A DNA stretch of 64,000 nucleotides from assembly GCF_009834535.1 (NCBI RefSeq), contig NC_045697.1, forward strand, positions 5,520,001 through 5,584,000. Direction: 5' to 3'. Shown here in pieces: positions 35,480 to 48,080 of the stretch (the stretch's first letter is position 1; each line of letters begins with the position of its first letter). A program made the translations under genes and the position numbers. The notes under the pieces are model-generated. The model worked only from the letters and a program-made list of their open reading frames with translations. It was not told the DNA's origin and did no database searches. This stretch comes from Camelus ferus. Its lineage: Eukaryota.

Positions 35480-36450
35480 TCTGCTCTCTTCTTTGCTGAG
35501 AGAACTCTGACTTTCCTCTCTAGGTGTCAATGTGCCTGCTAAAAAGTCTACCTTGTCCTGACTCTTTTGCAGTGAGACGTCCCCATGTGACAGCCTTCTG
35601 GCCAATGGCATGTGTTCTGATGATCTATTGCAGTGCTAAATAAATAAATAAATAACCAACCAACCCAAACCTGGTGACTTAGCTCAGCAACCATTATCAA
35701 GTTCCTTTATAATCCGAATGTGGGCAGGGCTCATCTTTCCTCTGCAGTGGTGTCAGCGGGGCAGCTCAGCTGGGCCTGGGGGATCCGTTTCCAAGATGGC
35801 ACGTGCACACATGGCTGGCTGGTTGGCGCTGGCTGTAGGCTGGGGGCTTCAGTTCCTCTCCACATGGGCTTCTCCACAGGGTGACGTGGGCTTCCTCCCA
35901 TCATGGCTACCTGGTTCTGAGAGAGAAGAGTCCAAAAGAAAGAGATAGGAACCGGAGGCTGCCTCTTCCTTACAGCCTCGCTCTGGAAAACCAGCTCAGC
36001 ACCACTCCTGCTGCAGTCTACTGCTCAAGCAGTCCCTGAGCCCCCTCGTATTCAAGGTGACAGCACAGAGACTCCACCCCTCAATGACAGGAGTGGCAAA
36101 GAATTCATGGCCATCTTTAATCTACCAGTGCACGTAAGCAGAGCTTGCTAGGATTCCTAGGAAAGCCTGTACATCCTTCTCTACTGCGGCTTCTGGCTTC
36201 CATTTCCTGGAACTCAGGTGGGAGATTTGGGGTGGAACACCCATCCTGGAACCAGGGAGTAAGCATGTGAATGATCCACATGCTAGAGATGGTGAAGCAG
36301 AAGGAGCCACGGTCCTGGGAACATCACGGAGCTGCTGTACCCACCACAACTGCCCATGTTGAGACTCCTTGTGGAACAAAAAGACATGAACTTCTTCTCG
36401 GTTCAGCCCCTCTAGTGACATCTCAGTGACAGGGAGCCAAACACCGTCCC
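35480..36450 (+). mobile_element. Old ERVL/MaLR LTR (LTR16/LTR33-like) interrupted by an MLT1 LTR
   Basis: ccatgtgacagccttctggccaatgg before the insert; gtaagcagag...gatggtgaagcagaaggagcc...gagctgctgtacc after it. Confidence 0.5.
35612..36128 (-). mobile_element. MaLR solo LTR (MLT1G/H-like)
   Basis: gggggatccgtttccaagatggc...cttcagttcctctccacatggg...ggccatctttaatctacca. Confidence 0.75.
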
Positions 36451-36779
36451 TAAGTCAGAGCTCAGAGCTCAAGGGGCACAGAGGAGAGAAGGATGAGATG
36501 TCAAAGGAAATGATGTTGGAGTCGAGGCTTGAGAAGTGATTAGGTGGCCAAAGCTTTCCCGTGGCAAAGGCTCAAAGGGCACCCTCTCCTCTCCCTGCCA
36601 GCCAGGGCTCCCCTGCCTGAGTTGCAGCCCCCAGGTGGCACCATCTTTTAGGATCTCTCCCTTCTTCTCAGCCCCCTGGGACCACCTCCTCCCCCAAGGC
36701 CACTGGGTTCACTCTCCCTACATCTCCTCACCCCTGAGACTGTTTTAGCAGAATATGCACTAGACAAGGAACACTGAAC

Positions 36780-36910
36780 GCTTGCAACCACCCTGAGATA
36801 AGGACACACATCCCCACCTCATAGGTGCAGGGGGAGCCAAGGCTCAGAGAGGTTAGCAATGTAACCAAGGTCACACAGTTGCTAAGGGAGGTAGCTTGGC
36901 TTTGAGTTCA
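36780..36910 (-). mobile_element. MIR SINE
   Basis: aggctcagagaggttagcaatgtaaccaaggtcacacag. Confidence 0.75.
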
Positions 36911-38142
36911 GGCCACCTCTGTCCCTTCAACATACAGATTCATTCCAGTCCAAAATATACCCCATGTACATTCGGGAGCCTTGAATTCAACTCTTAGCCC
37001 AGACCCCCACACTCTACGTGGCTTAATTTCACCTCCTTGAGCCTCAGTTTCCTCATCCCTAAGATGAGAGGGTTCTGAGGGCTGAATAGGAGCTCTCAAA
37101 GGAGGTATCAACATCCTTTGATCTTATGCAACTTTGGATAACATCAAGGTTTCTAAAAACAAAATATCATCAAACGAGCTTGTAATAAAATTCCAAAGCA
37201 ATATGTAGAGGGAAAAAGGGCTGTAAATCCACAGGATGTCAATTCCAAGTTGAATGCAATTTACAAGAATATGGTTCAAATATCACAAGGTCAAAACAAT
37301 TTTGAGCTTTCCAGTATTTACAAACATACCTCACTTCATAAACCTTTCCAATCCAAGCTGTGCAATATATACAGGACCATTTTTAAACGAGTCTAGTTAA
37401 TTTGATGTGGCTTTAAGTGAGGTCTGTTGGAAATGTGCTACTAATTTTGGACTTTTGTGTTTAGGGGAAAATGCGATTGAAGCTTAATCCAATTTTCTAA
37501 CACCCGAAAACAGCTACGAGGAAATAGACAAGCATGAAGAAACAATGGCAGAGTTTGCCTCAGAAAAGGCTCCCCTCACCACTATTTGCCCTGCTGGAAT
37601 GTTCCATACCAATAAAATGTTAGCCCTTCAGTCAAGAGGGAGAGCCAAGCCATGAAGGTAGCACATAACGAGGCAGGGAGCTTCGGGAGAAAAGTCAGCT
37701 TGGCTCATACAACTGCCTGGGGAAACTCTTTCTGGAGGACATTCTGCTCTGGGGAGCTGCACACAGGATTCTTGGTCTTAGAACTAGATACCTGATGACA
37801 ATAAGCTTATCATTTGTCGAGCTGCCCTCAATGCAATACTTAGGGTTGCCTAGCTAACTGCAGTTTCCCGTTTCTTCCATATCAGCCGAGGCCTTGCTGC
37901 ATCACTACGCTAACAAATCCAGATAGTTCTGAGCCCAGCTTGGCGATCTCATCCTCTTGTTACTGACTACTTAATAGGTAAGCACGTGAGGCAAACTGCA
38001 TTTTCCAAATAGGGCTGCACTAGTGTCTACCTACCCGACATGCTCTTCCAATTATATGACTTTAACCCTCTTCCCATTGACAGGCAGGGGTCTGGGTACC
38101 CTGCCTCTGAATTTGGGTGGGATCATGTCTGTGGCAGAAAAA

Positions 38143-39165
38143 TAGTTGCTTTATGATTTTCAGGTATACAGCAAAACGATTCAGTTATATATTATATATA
38201 TATTCTTTTTCAGATTCTTATCCATTATAGGTTATTACAAGATATTGAATATAGTTCCCTGTGCTATACAGTAGGTCCTTGTTGCTTATCTCTTTTATAT
38301 ATAGTAGTGTGTATCTGTTAATCCTAAACTCCCAACTTATCCATTCCCTACTTTCCCTTTTGGTAACCGTAAATTTGTTTTCTATGTCTATGAGTCTATT
38401 TCTGTTTTGTAAATAAGTTCATTTCTATCATTTTTTAGATTCCACATATAAGTGGTATCATGATATTTGTCTTTTTCTATCTGACATATTTCACTTAGAA
38501 TGATAATCTCTAGGTCCATCCATGTTGCTGCAAATGGCATTACTTCATTCTTTTTTATCTTTATCTTTTTCATCTTCTTTATCAAGTCATCTGTTGATGG
38601 ACATTTGGGTTGCTTCTATGTCTTGGCTATTGTAAAAGTGCCACTGTGAATATTAGGGTACATGTATCTTTTTGAATTAGAGTTTTTGCCTTTTCTGGAG
38701 ACAACATGCCTAGGAGTGGGATTGCTGGATCATATGGTAAGTCTATTTTTAGTTTTTTAAGGAATCTCCACACTGTTTTCCATAGTGGCTGCACCAATTT
38801 ACATTCCCACCAACAGTGTAGGAGGGTTCCCTTTTCCCCACACCCTCTCCAGCATTTATTATTTGTAGGTATTTTGGTGATGGCCATTCTGATCAGTGTG
38901 AGGGGGTACCTCACTGTAGTTTTGATTTGCATTTCTCTAGTAATTAGTGATGTTGAACATCTTTTCATATGCTTTTTAGCCATTTGTCTGTTTTCTTTAG
39001 AGAAATGTCTATTTAGGTCTTCTGCCCATTTCTGATTGGGTTGTTTAGTTGTCGCTTTTTCTGTTTTGTTTTTATATTGAGCTGTATAAGCTGTTTGTAT
39101 ATTTTGGAAATTAAGCCCTTGTCAGTCGCATCATTTGCAAATGTTTTCTCCCATTCCATAGGTTG
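38143..39165 (-). mobile_element. 5'-truncated L1 with ORF2 C-terminus and 3'UTR
   Basis: L1 3'UTR motifs plus ORF2 peptides in the ORF track (38627-38983 and 38388-38585). Confidence 0.95.
38388..38983 (-). pseudogene. L1 ORF2p C-terminal remnant (CCHC zinc knuckle), frameshifted
   Basis: [19 protein letters not shown]...[27 protein letters not shown]...[11 protein letters not shown] and [17 protein letters not shown]. Confidence 0.9.
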
Positions 39166-39589
39166 TCTAGAAATGTGACTTCTAAGGCTAAGTCATTGGT
39201 AATAGAGTTTCCACCTGGTTGTCTTGGGATGCTCATTCTCAGAACGCAGCCACCACACTGTGAGGACACCCAAGCAACCCATGGAGAGGTCTACACGGAG
39301 AGGAACCAAGGTCCCTGGTCCACAGCCCCAAATGAGCTCCCAGCCAAGAGCCAGCACCAACTTGCCAGCTGTGTGAAGGAGCTATCTTGAAGCTGGATTC
39401 TCTACCCACCCCCAGTGGAGCCACCCCAGCTTATGCATGGAGCAAAGTCAAGTTGCCCTTCCCAAAATGCAGATTTGTAAGCCAAATGAATGATTGTTGT
39501 GTTCATAAGTCACTAAATTTTGAGATGATTTCATATGCAGCTGTAAGTACTCAGAGTAATGTGTGATCTGTTCTGGCAGATGAAACATA

Positions 39590-39940
39590 AATGGAAGACT
39601 GATGGAGAGCATCTGGGAAAGATTTCCTTACTCTTCCAAAGACATACACAGGGAAGAAAAAATGTCCTTCCTCTGCCTCTGGACATGTGAAAGTCTGATG
39701 TCTGGAACAGCAGCAGCCATCTTGCAACCATGAGGAGAGCAAGTGAAAGCACTGAGGATGGTTGGCAAAGAGGCAAGATGGAGAGAACCCAGTCCTTGCT
39801 GACATTATTGAACTGCTGAATTAGCCAACCTGGTACAACCCTATCCCCAGACTCCCCTTCATGTGAGATAATAAGTTAATTATTGATTAAGCCAGTTGAG
39901 GAGGGTATTCTTTTACTTGTAGCCAAATGCATCCTAAATA
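39590..39940 (+). mobile_element. Old MaLR LTR (MLT1K/L-like)
   Basis: gatgtctggaacagcagcagccatcttgcaaccatgagg...cccagtccttgctgacattattgaactgctgaatt...ttacttgtagccaaatgcatcct. Confidence 0.7.
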
Positions 39941-39984
39941 CTCATGTAGCCTGTATGTTACATCATTTTTTTATTTGTGTCAAC

Positions 39985-40300
39985 AAAACTATAAGTTAAG
40001 AATTAATACCATCAATTTTAGACTGAAGAAACAGGCTTAGTGAAGTTAAGTAAGTTCCCCAAGGTCATTTACCAGAATGGGGGGACCAGAATTCATACCT
40101 AGGTCTGTCCGACTCCAGAGTCTGTGTCCTCCTTGACACCCTATATCTCTTTGTCACTGGCTAATGGAATAAGCATTGACCTGGGAGTCAGGGTCCGAGG
40201 GTTGAATTCAGACTCTTCACCAATTCTCCATGTGACTTTGAGAAATCACCTCACCTCTCTAAGCCCATTCCCTTATCTTTAAGACTTACAGGGCTACTAA
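39985..40300. mobile_element. Two MIR fragments (minus then plus)
   Basis: gaagaaacaggcttagtgaagttaagtaagttccccaaggtca; gacctgggagtcagg...tgtgactttgagaaatcacctcacctctct. Confidence 0.7.
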
Positions 40301-42159
40301 GATGCCCAAAGGTTCATTTCATTTACCATAACATGAATAATATTTGAATAAATTATGCAGATATCTATTTTCATCTCCTCTACCTTACAATGAATCTCAT
40401 TTTCTGTTAGCCACTCTGCTCTAGGGTCCCAGGAAATAGGAGAATGAGAATGCCACCTTGGAATGAAGAGGGCTTGGCAGAGGGAAGTTCCTACTAGACA
40501 GGAAGGAGAGTGAAATAAAATCCATCTGGATCTCAAAGAGAAGGGAGAAGGAGGGGGGACAGAGAAGTGATGTGCCCATGACCTTGATGTAGAAATGTCC
40601 ACACAATTTGGAGGAACTGGAGAGCTTCGGGTTCCTGACCTGCTTGCCCAGGCAGACCCAGAGGAGGCTGCAATTCTCTGGGAGAAGCTGCACCTTACAT
40701 TTGGTCCAGCAACCAACCTGGTGGTCAAGGGCAACAGGGAAGCATCGACAGAGGACATGTCTAGACACATGACCTTAAGGAAGCACTGCTCATTGTCCAA
40801 GATTGACAGAGAACCCAGAGGTTCCCAAATACCTTGGTGAGGTACAAAAAGGATGAGGGGACCAGAGGAGGCTCAAGTCGGAAGGAAGGGGCCACATGCT
40901 GCAGAGACTGAGAGCAGAAGCACATGAGAAAGACTATTTGCAGTGAGCACCCAGATAATACCCCGGAGGTCAGCTGACCCTCAGTGGATCCCACACGGGG
41001 GCCCAGGGACCAGATCAGCCCATACTGGACCCGCCACTAAAGAGCCAAGAAGGCCCAGGGGACAGCCCAACCACCTGCCTCCATCGGGTCATGGAGGCCC
41101 ACCCCTAATCCTTGCAGAAGCCAAGAAAGGAAGAGGCTGAAAAGTCTGAGCACATACCTGAAAGAGACTCTGTTACCCTTAAGGAGACTAGTAATGGTGG
41201 AAGAGACTGAGACTGTAGGTTCCTCTCTTCTTTCTGCGGTTACCCCGCAGCACAGGTTAGATCATTTATGGAAAATACAGAAGCTTCATTTTCTTACCTG
41301 TTAGAGGAGTGGTGACTAAATCTGCCCCCCACTCCACTCGTTAGTATTAGACTGGTCTCTGTTTCGTCATAAAGTCGTGTCTCTAAAAGGATGGCTCCTA
41401 TGAAATCTCATTCTAAAAATTGTTCCAATTGGAGGAGAGATGTAGCTGAGGAACTGAGTTTTCTCCTGAGGCCAGTGGGGACTCATTGGTCTTTTAAGCA
41501 GGGGAATGGCTAAAGAAGTTTGTAGTTTAGGAAAATCTGGAGGCAGCAAGGAGAAGGGGCAAGATTTGAGGTCCAGAGCCTAGGATGTGAAACAGTCCAG
41601 AAGAAAGATGGCAAGAATCCTGGACTCAGGCAGGGGCCGTGCAGAAAACAGCGAAGGAGGGCAAGAGCCAAGATATATTCAAACAGCAAGTCTTGCCGCT
41701 GTCACTTACTTAGCATCTGCCCTTGGGCAGGAGCCATATCCTCTCTGAACCTGTCTCTTCTTCAGTCAACAGGGGAGAGTAATATCTCTCCAGCAGAGAT
41801 GTCAGGAGCATTCCATGAGATCACAGCAGAAACACAGCACAATATTTCTCCCGCTACCATTGCTATCCGCCCCACCCCCGCCCCGCTGTGGAATGATTCA
41901 TTTTCAAGCAGCAATGAAGATGTCTAAGAGACGTACACCTGTCTCTACTGCTGGTAGGAAAACAAACAGAAAGCCTCTGCCTTCCGGTAGGAGAAGGAAT
42001 TATCTTCACAGCAGCAAACTGGGATCTGCAAAGCACAAGCAAATTTCATTACAAGTCTATAAAAAGGCCCTCGGAAAGAAAACCCTCTGTGTGAGGGGCC
42101 CTTGCCAACCACATCCAGATGTATCATGAGAACAACGTGCCCCTGAGGGATAAGGTGAG

Positions 42160-42800
42160 GCCCAGAGCCCTGAACTGGTGCATTCTCTGCTTCTGCTTAC
42201 CCTGAGATGTCAGGGCAGCCGCCTGACTTCTCAAGCTCTCAGTTTCCCCACCTGGAAAGGGCATAACCCCCTGCTGTTAGAGGGTTGCTGTGAGGCCTGT
42301 AAGGCAGCAGAGGCGAAGGGAAGAAATCCCTGGTGTGGAATCACCCAGATGACCTGGGTGGATAATCATCCCAAACCTCAGTTTCCTCATCTGTTAAATG
42401 GGCAGAGCACCCCCGTCCTGTAGCCCAAAGTTCATTCATCCTTCCAAGTCTGATGAATGAAGCCTGTCTCTGCCAGGTGTCAGGCTCAGACGGGGTACTA
42501 GGATGCCACCAAATACAGAAGATGCAGCAGCTGCTGTCATGGGTCTTAAAAACTCAGGTCAAGGTTATCCCTGAGAACAGTGCAGACTCTTCAGTACAGA
42601 GGCAGTTGGGCCAAGAGCCTCTGGAACATGTCTGCCTGGGCTGAAATTTTCATTCTACAGCTAACCAGCCGGGCCACTTCTAGGGAGTTACTTAACCTTT
42701 CTATACCTCAATTTTCTCATCTGTACTATGGCCGTAATGCTAGTTCACCCCACTGTACGGACTCATTGAGGTAAAATGTGGAAGGCTCTCAGAAGGGTTA
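42160..42800 (+). mobile_element. Cluster of MIR fragments
   Basis: ctcagtttccccacctggaaa; cctcagtttcctcatctgttaaatggg; gttacttaacctttctatacctcaattttctcatctgta. Confidence 0.75.
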
Positions 42801-42929
42801 TCCATGTGTCCTCTCTCTGGGTCTTTTTTTTAGTGAAAGGGTCTACACAACCTGGCCCCCATCCCCTTCCAGTCTCATCCCCTAATAGTGATGTGCAATC
42901 ACCCAAAATCTAGAGACACCGAGGTGCTC

Positions 42930-43058
42930 CCAGCCTCCAGCCTTGCCAGCACCTTGATCTCAGACGTCTAGCTTCCAGAACAATGAGAAAGTCCACGTCT
43001 GTGGTTTAAGCCACACAGCTGTGGTGCTTTGTTAAGGCGGAGCAGGCAGACTCATACA
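42930..43058 (+). mobile_element. MLT1 LTR 3' fragment
   Basis: ccttgccagcaccttgatctcagacgtctagcttccagaacaatgagaa...gtttaagccac...ctcataca. Confidence 0.8.
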
Positions 43059-43149
43059 GAAGCACATGTAGGACTTTCTCATTCATTGTCTACGCCATTG
43101 CAGAAGCCACGTTACTGGTCAAATTGTAGTTTTCGTCTGCTGGTGGGTT

Positions 43150-43485
43150 GGTTTTTTACTTAACAATAGATAAAGGACCGCACTCCAGATAACTATGTAG
43201 AAACCTAATTTTTAAAAGATTGGTATTCCAAAATGATGTGTATCATAACTTACCCAAACTTTCCAGTCCCGATGGACTTTCCAATTGCTTCCAGGTTTTC
43301 GCCACCGCAAACACGGGACAGTAAACATCCTGTTCTCATGGCCTTCCGTTCTCGGGTTTTCATTTCTGCAGGGTAGCTTCCCCGTGTGGGACTGCAGGAT
43401 TGAAGGAAATGTGTGTCTCTAAATGTTAATAGATTCTTACAGGTTACATTCCCAAGAGGCCTTGGCAGTTCACAAGGACCCAAAC
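43150..43485 (-). mobile_element. Old L1ME-like fragment
   Basis: gatggactttccaattgcttccaggtttt...cagtaaacatcc...catttctgcagggtag...gtgggactgcagg. Confidence 0.5.
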
Positions 43486-44072
43486 AGTAACTCCTGGTCC
43501 TGAAAACAAAATACAGTATCAGAAAAGACCTTCCTTTCCGTCATGTTCATAGTTGGTCCAGTGTCTGTAGAGAGCCCGCCTCCTTTGAGGCCAGCTGGCT
43601 GGGTGGCACGGAAGCCTGGGTATTGGCTGAGTGTCCGGGGGCAGCTCGCTCAGCCTCTCTGAGCCCAGATCCTCAGATCCTCGTCCAGAAGAGACTCAAA
43701 CCAGGCCCAACGCTCTGGCAAGCACTTGGCTGGAGACAGCAGACACAGAGGGCTGTGTGACACGCTGGGGACGATTCTCTCATTCCCTGAGTGATTTTCC
43801 TGACCACACTGCCCCGGAGGGCTATGCAGTCGAGCCCCATCTGTCTGTCCTTCCTCCCCGCTCACTCAGCATGCCCTGCCCTTCCCTTCCCTTCCCCAGG
43901 TCAGGCCCCCTTGAGCCCCACTTCTTCTCCGCTCCTCTTTTCCCTTCCCATCCACACCTCGCTGCATCCTCCCGGGGCCTGGTCTACACCCTGGGCGTGG
44001 GTCTCCACTTACAAACCACGCTGCTCACCTTCCGGCCACAAGTTTGGCCATTCTACCTCATCCACTCTACAC

Positions 44073-44111
<39 letters not shown>

Positions 44112-44123
44112 AATAATAATAAT
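44073..44123. repeat. (CAT)13(AAT)4 compound microsatellite at a MIR tail
   Basis: Direct reading; minus-strand MIR follows (tttacaggtgaggaaa). Confidence 0.93.
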
Positions 44124-44884
44124 GGCTAATATTTGCTGAATGCCTACCAGGTGCCAAGCCCTGAGCTAAGTACTTGAGCTTGACGTGTGTTGGTTCATGC
44201 ATTCCTCGCAGTGATCATCACTTAGCCCGGTTTACAGGTGAGGAAATAAAGGGTCACCAGAGGGCGTGGGGACTTTGCCTTCTGCTGACTCGTGGTCTCC
44301 TGTGCATTCCACAGGACCTACCTAGTCCAGGCATCCTTGTGCCTTGGGGAAGTTCTCACAGGGAGGCCCCATGTTCCAGGCAACCAGGGGCCCCACCTTG
44401 TCTGTCCCAGGGGTTCCCCTCTGGCCCCCAAGTTCCAAATAGAATCTGTCTGCTGCAGGTTTGGCCACAGCGGATGCCTTCAGCAAAACACCTGCATGCT
44501 ATGCTCATTCATCATCCATTGATTCAGTCCTCACCTGGAGCGCCCGACTATGTGCCGGGCACTAGGGATGCAGAGATGGAGTTGAGCCAGTGCCTGCCCC
44601 CCAGGGGACCAAAATGTGCTCAGAGCTTCAAGAGCCCAGTGGGACCCTGCCCCTGCCCTGGAGCAGTCAGGGAAGACTTCCTGCAACAATGGTCCCAACA
44701 CCTCTTCTCTTGAACTTCACTTCCCTAGGAAGTCTTCCCTGACCTGCAAGAGCAAGGGCTCGGAGGCCTTCAGAAGAAGGCCACGTCCAAGTGGCTGCCC
44801 AGCACCGGACGCACTGCTAAGGCCCGAAGTTCTGAGACAGGCGCTGGGATTCCTGGTCCTGGACGCTTCCCACTTCCAGCATCC

Positions 44885-45085
44885 GGAATTAGAATTACAG
44901 TCACGGCTGCGTCTGACATCTGCTCAAACCAATTCGTTATCATTAGGAAATGAATCCCTAATGAATTTCTGCCACCATTAAGCCTGATTTACAGTAAGGG
45001 TAATCACCCTTGGAAGCACACGCTTTATCCCTTTAATTAATAATCCCTGCTTATCAGCAAACCTAGTGATTATGGGACAAAAAAC
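44885..45085. promoter_or_regulatory. Candidate conserved non-coding element
   Basis: AT-rich island in GC-rich flanks. TGACA, TGATTTAC (44985-44992), TTAATTAA, TAATCC, three TTATC. Confidence 0.5.
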
Positions 45086-46109
45086 TGGAAGAAAGCCTCC
45101 TAACTCCAGCATCGGCTTTCCCATCACAACTTTGGGGCTGGGGAGGAGGGTCGTGTCTCTGGAGAGGGTCCAGGGACCACACTGTCTTCCTGTCAGGCCA
45201 TTAACAACCCAGATCCTCTAGCTGAAATTTGTAAGTTGACTGTACAGTTGTGCTTGGACCCCGCAGCCTGCAGGTCATGGCCAGCCCCCCGCCCCCGCTG
45301 CCGGGGTCCCTGTTTCTCTGCAGGCTCACCCACACTGGGGCATCGCCACCTGCAGCCAGGGGTCCCGTCTAGACTTTAGCAAATCTGAACAAGTCACCTG
45401 TTGCTCAAAACCCTGCAGGGGGGAGTTGTGTCCAGCTCTCTGCACCCTAAAATCCCCACTTGCACCTTCCTCGCATGCAACCAGCACCACTGCCCGTTCC
45501 TTTCCTCTCCTCCTCGACACACTGGGTGCCTCTTGCTGAAATGACCTTCCCTCCTCCCTTCTGTCGCCTCACACATGTCTACTGCCCCCCTCCCATCCCT
45601 CTGCAACTACCCTAAGCAGTTTGTACCAAAAGGATCTGCCTGTGCACCTGGGAGGCAGGTAGACCAGTCAGCAAGTAGCGCAAACCTGATGTAAGGAGCC
45701 ATCATCAGCTCGTGTGAGTCACAGAGGGGACTGAGGGGGACAGCCAGGGAGAGCTTTTGAGCTGAGGGTGTGCCTGAGCTAGGCACTGATGAAACTATTC
45801 TGTATTAATGCTCCACACACCATCATTAACCGCTCAGCAGGCACCAGCCAATTTACTACGGCCTCTCACATAAATGTCACGTCGATGCTGAGAGGTATTA
45901 TTGCCCCCATTTTTCAGGTGAGAAGACAGGTCCTGAGACATCAGATATGCCTGAGGTTATGCAGAGCCCGTGAGTGGCAGAGCTGGATCCCAGTCACAAC
46001 CACACAGATCGTACTGGCTGACTCGCTGGGGTCCACCCCGACCCAGAAGCAACCAGCTGGTGTACATGTGCAGCCCTTCCAAGGGCAATTTGGCCCAGTA
46101 TCCTGGCAC

Positions 46110-46482
46110 ATTCTGCCTTGCCTCAGGCCGCCATAGCAGACGCCATAGCCTGGGAGGCTTAGGCAGCAGACCTCGCTCCCCGCCGCTCTGGAGGCTGGAA
46201 GGCTATGGCTGGGCTGGCAGCACAGTCAGCTTCTTGGTGCGGGTTCTCTTCCTAGATTGTAGATGGCTTCCTACTCTCTGTGTCCTCACACGATATGGAA
46301 AGGTAACAAGCTCTCTGTTTTTCTGCTTATGAAGGCACTAATCCCAACATGGGCCCCACCCTCACGACCTCATCCAGTCCTATATACCTCCCAAAGGCCC
46401 CGTCTTTAAATACCATCACATTGCAGGGGGGCAGGTAGGGCTTCAACCCATGAATTCTGGGGGGACGCAGTTTATCCATAGC
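46110..46482 (-). mobile_element. MaLR solo LTR (MLT1A-like)
   Basis: cttatgaaggcactaatccca...cctcccaaaggccccgtctttaaataccatcacattg...cttcaacccatgaattctgggggg...ccatagca. Confidence 0.85.
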
Positions 46483-46574
46483 ACACCTGAAGCCCATTAA
46501 TGGTGTGGCTTGCTGTCGGGAAATCCCATTCATAGCAGGATGATGGAGCCAGATAACGGAGCCAGATAACAGAG

Positions 46575-46790
46575 CCAGTTGCTGGGTTCAGATCCAGGCT
46601 CAGCCTCTTACAGGGTCATAATGCTGAGGAAACTCTCTGGGCCTCCGATTTTCCCATCTGAAAATGGGGATACCAATAGCACCTGCCTCCTCGAGTCCTG
46701 GCAAGGATTCAAGGAGCTGAAATGTAAAATATGTGCAACGGTGCTTGGTGTCCAAGAAGTATTTAGAAATGTTCGTTGATATTATTATCA
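46575..46790 (+). mobile_element. MIR SINE
   Basis: ctgggttcagatccaggctc...ttttcccatctgaaaatggggatacc. Confidence 0.75.
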
Positions 46791-47759
46791 GCAGGAACAT
46801 CCTACCCTCAGCAAAAAACTGGTAAGATTCAGCGCTTTGGGGCTGAAAGATGAAATGGATACAAATACATCTAATGAGAGAGGAAGACAACAGGCTGGAT
46901 GGAATTTTGAGACAGTATCTTATATTTTTCCCCCTCTATATTCCTTTTTTCTCCCCAGTCCTGAAATGAATAGCCAGGTGACGTGTCCTGAAATACTCCA
47001 GACTTGTGTGTCGTTCTCCTCCTTAAAACCCTGATCCAGGCCTCTCTTCCTTCATGTGCGGGAGAACCTCCAAGATCATCAGGGCAGCTTCCATGCTGCT
47101 CCCCAAGGTGACCCCGGCCCACTTCTCTGGATTCGTCTCTTGATGCTCCCTCGCCTGGGATGTGGCTCCACCCACGTGTGCACACATATCTCCATTTCTA
47201 AGCTCGGGGACTGTGCTCACTCGTCCCCTCTCTCCTTCATCAGCCCTGGCTCCAAGTCCCTGCAAGGACGGCCCTCCAAGAAGCCTTCACTGGACCTCCC
47301 AACTGTGCCCCCCTCCAGGAGGCTTCTACAGCCCCTGGGCTGACCCCGTAGCGCTGAATGTACCTCACTACATGGCAACTCTCAGAGGCAGTTGCCCAGG
47401 ACAGTGGGTAAGAGCATGAACTCTGGACCCCAACTTCCTTGGATATGAACCCTGACTTCCACGTGCCAGCTGCACGCACGAGGGTAGGCAAATCACCTGG
47501 TCCTCTCTGTACCTCTAGTGTCCCCTCTGTCATGAGCCTCCCCCCTGGGGCCCTGTTAGGATATCAGGGTACACAGCCACCTAGAACAGTGCCCAACAGG
47601 CACCCGGTCAAAAGCTCATTATTACTTACAAAACTGAAGCCCTCACTGATGTTGTCTGTGTCTCCCCACCGCCCGGCGCAGCGCCGGGACTTAGAAGGTA
47701 CTCCATAAATATTTGTTGAGATGAATTTCCCCCACAGAATGGAAACAGAGCTTGGCTCA

Positions 47760-48080
47760 CAAAGAGGGTGATTGCTCATATTACACATTAGGCGATTTTT
47801 CCAGAGTGCATCATGCCAAATATTGTACATTCTTTATTACAATGAGGGCAGGGAGATTCATTAAAGGGTAGCGCCGTTTCATTAGAAACCCTTATTTTCG
47901 GAATTTTATAACTTGGCCACAAAAATTCACTCCAGGCAAAACGCTAACTTTCGTCTGGAAGTAAATGGGTTTATTTTATAACTTTTTTATGCATTTTCCA
48001 CACATAAACAAATGGCTAGATAAACCATTCTTTAATGGAAGGATTGCAAGAGGAAAACTTGGTATTTTGGCATATGAGAC
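47760..48080. promoter_or_regulatory. Candidate conserved non-coding element
   Basis: Repeat-free with retained CpGs. TTTATTAC, ATTTTATAACTT twice, TTTTATG, ATAAACAA, AGATAA, TTTAATGG. Confidence 0.5.

Larger units (their letters stand above)
37995..39550 (+). mobile_element. MaLR LTR (MLT1G-like) split by an L1 insertion
   Basis: 5' part catgctcttcc...ctctgaatttgggtggg; 3' part tgtgacttctaaggctaagtca...gagctcccagccaagagccagcaccaacttgccagc...aagtcactaaattttg. Confidence 0.7.

Noticed and set aside
13140..36425. CTCF-like motifs (about 13142, 15903, 27127, 36405)
   Set aside because: Each has several mismatches to the core, and some lie in repeats; cannot be supported without PWM scoring or ChIP
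44798..44818. REST/RE1-like cagcaccggac
   Set aside because: Half-site spacing is wrong and the right half is degenerate
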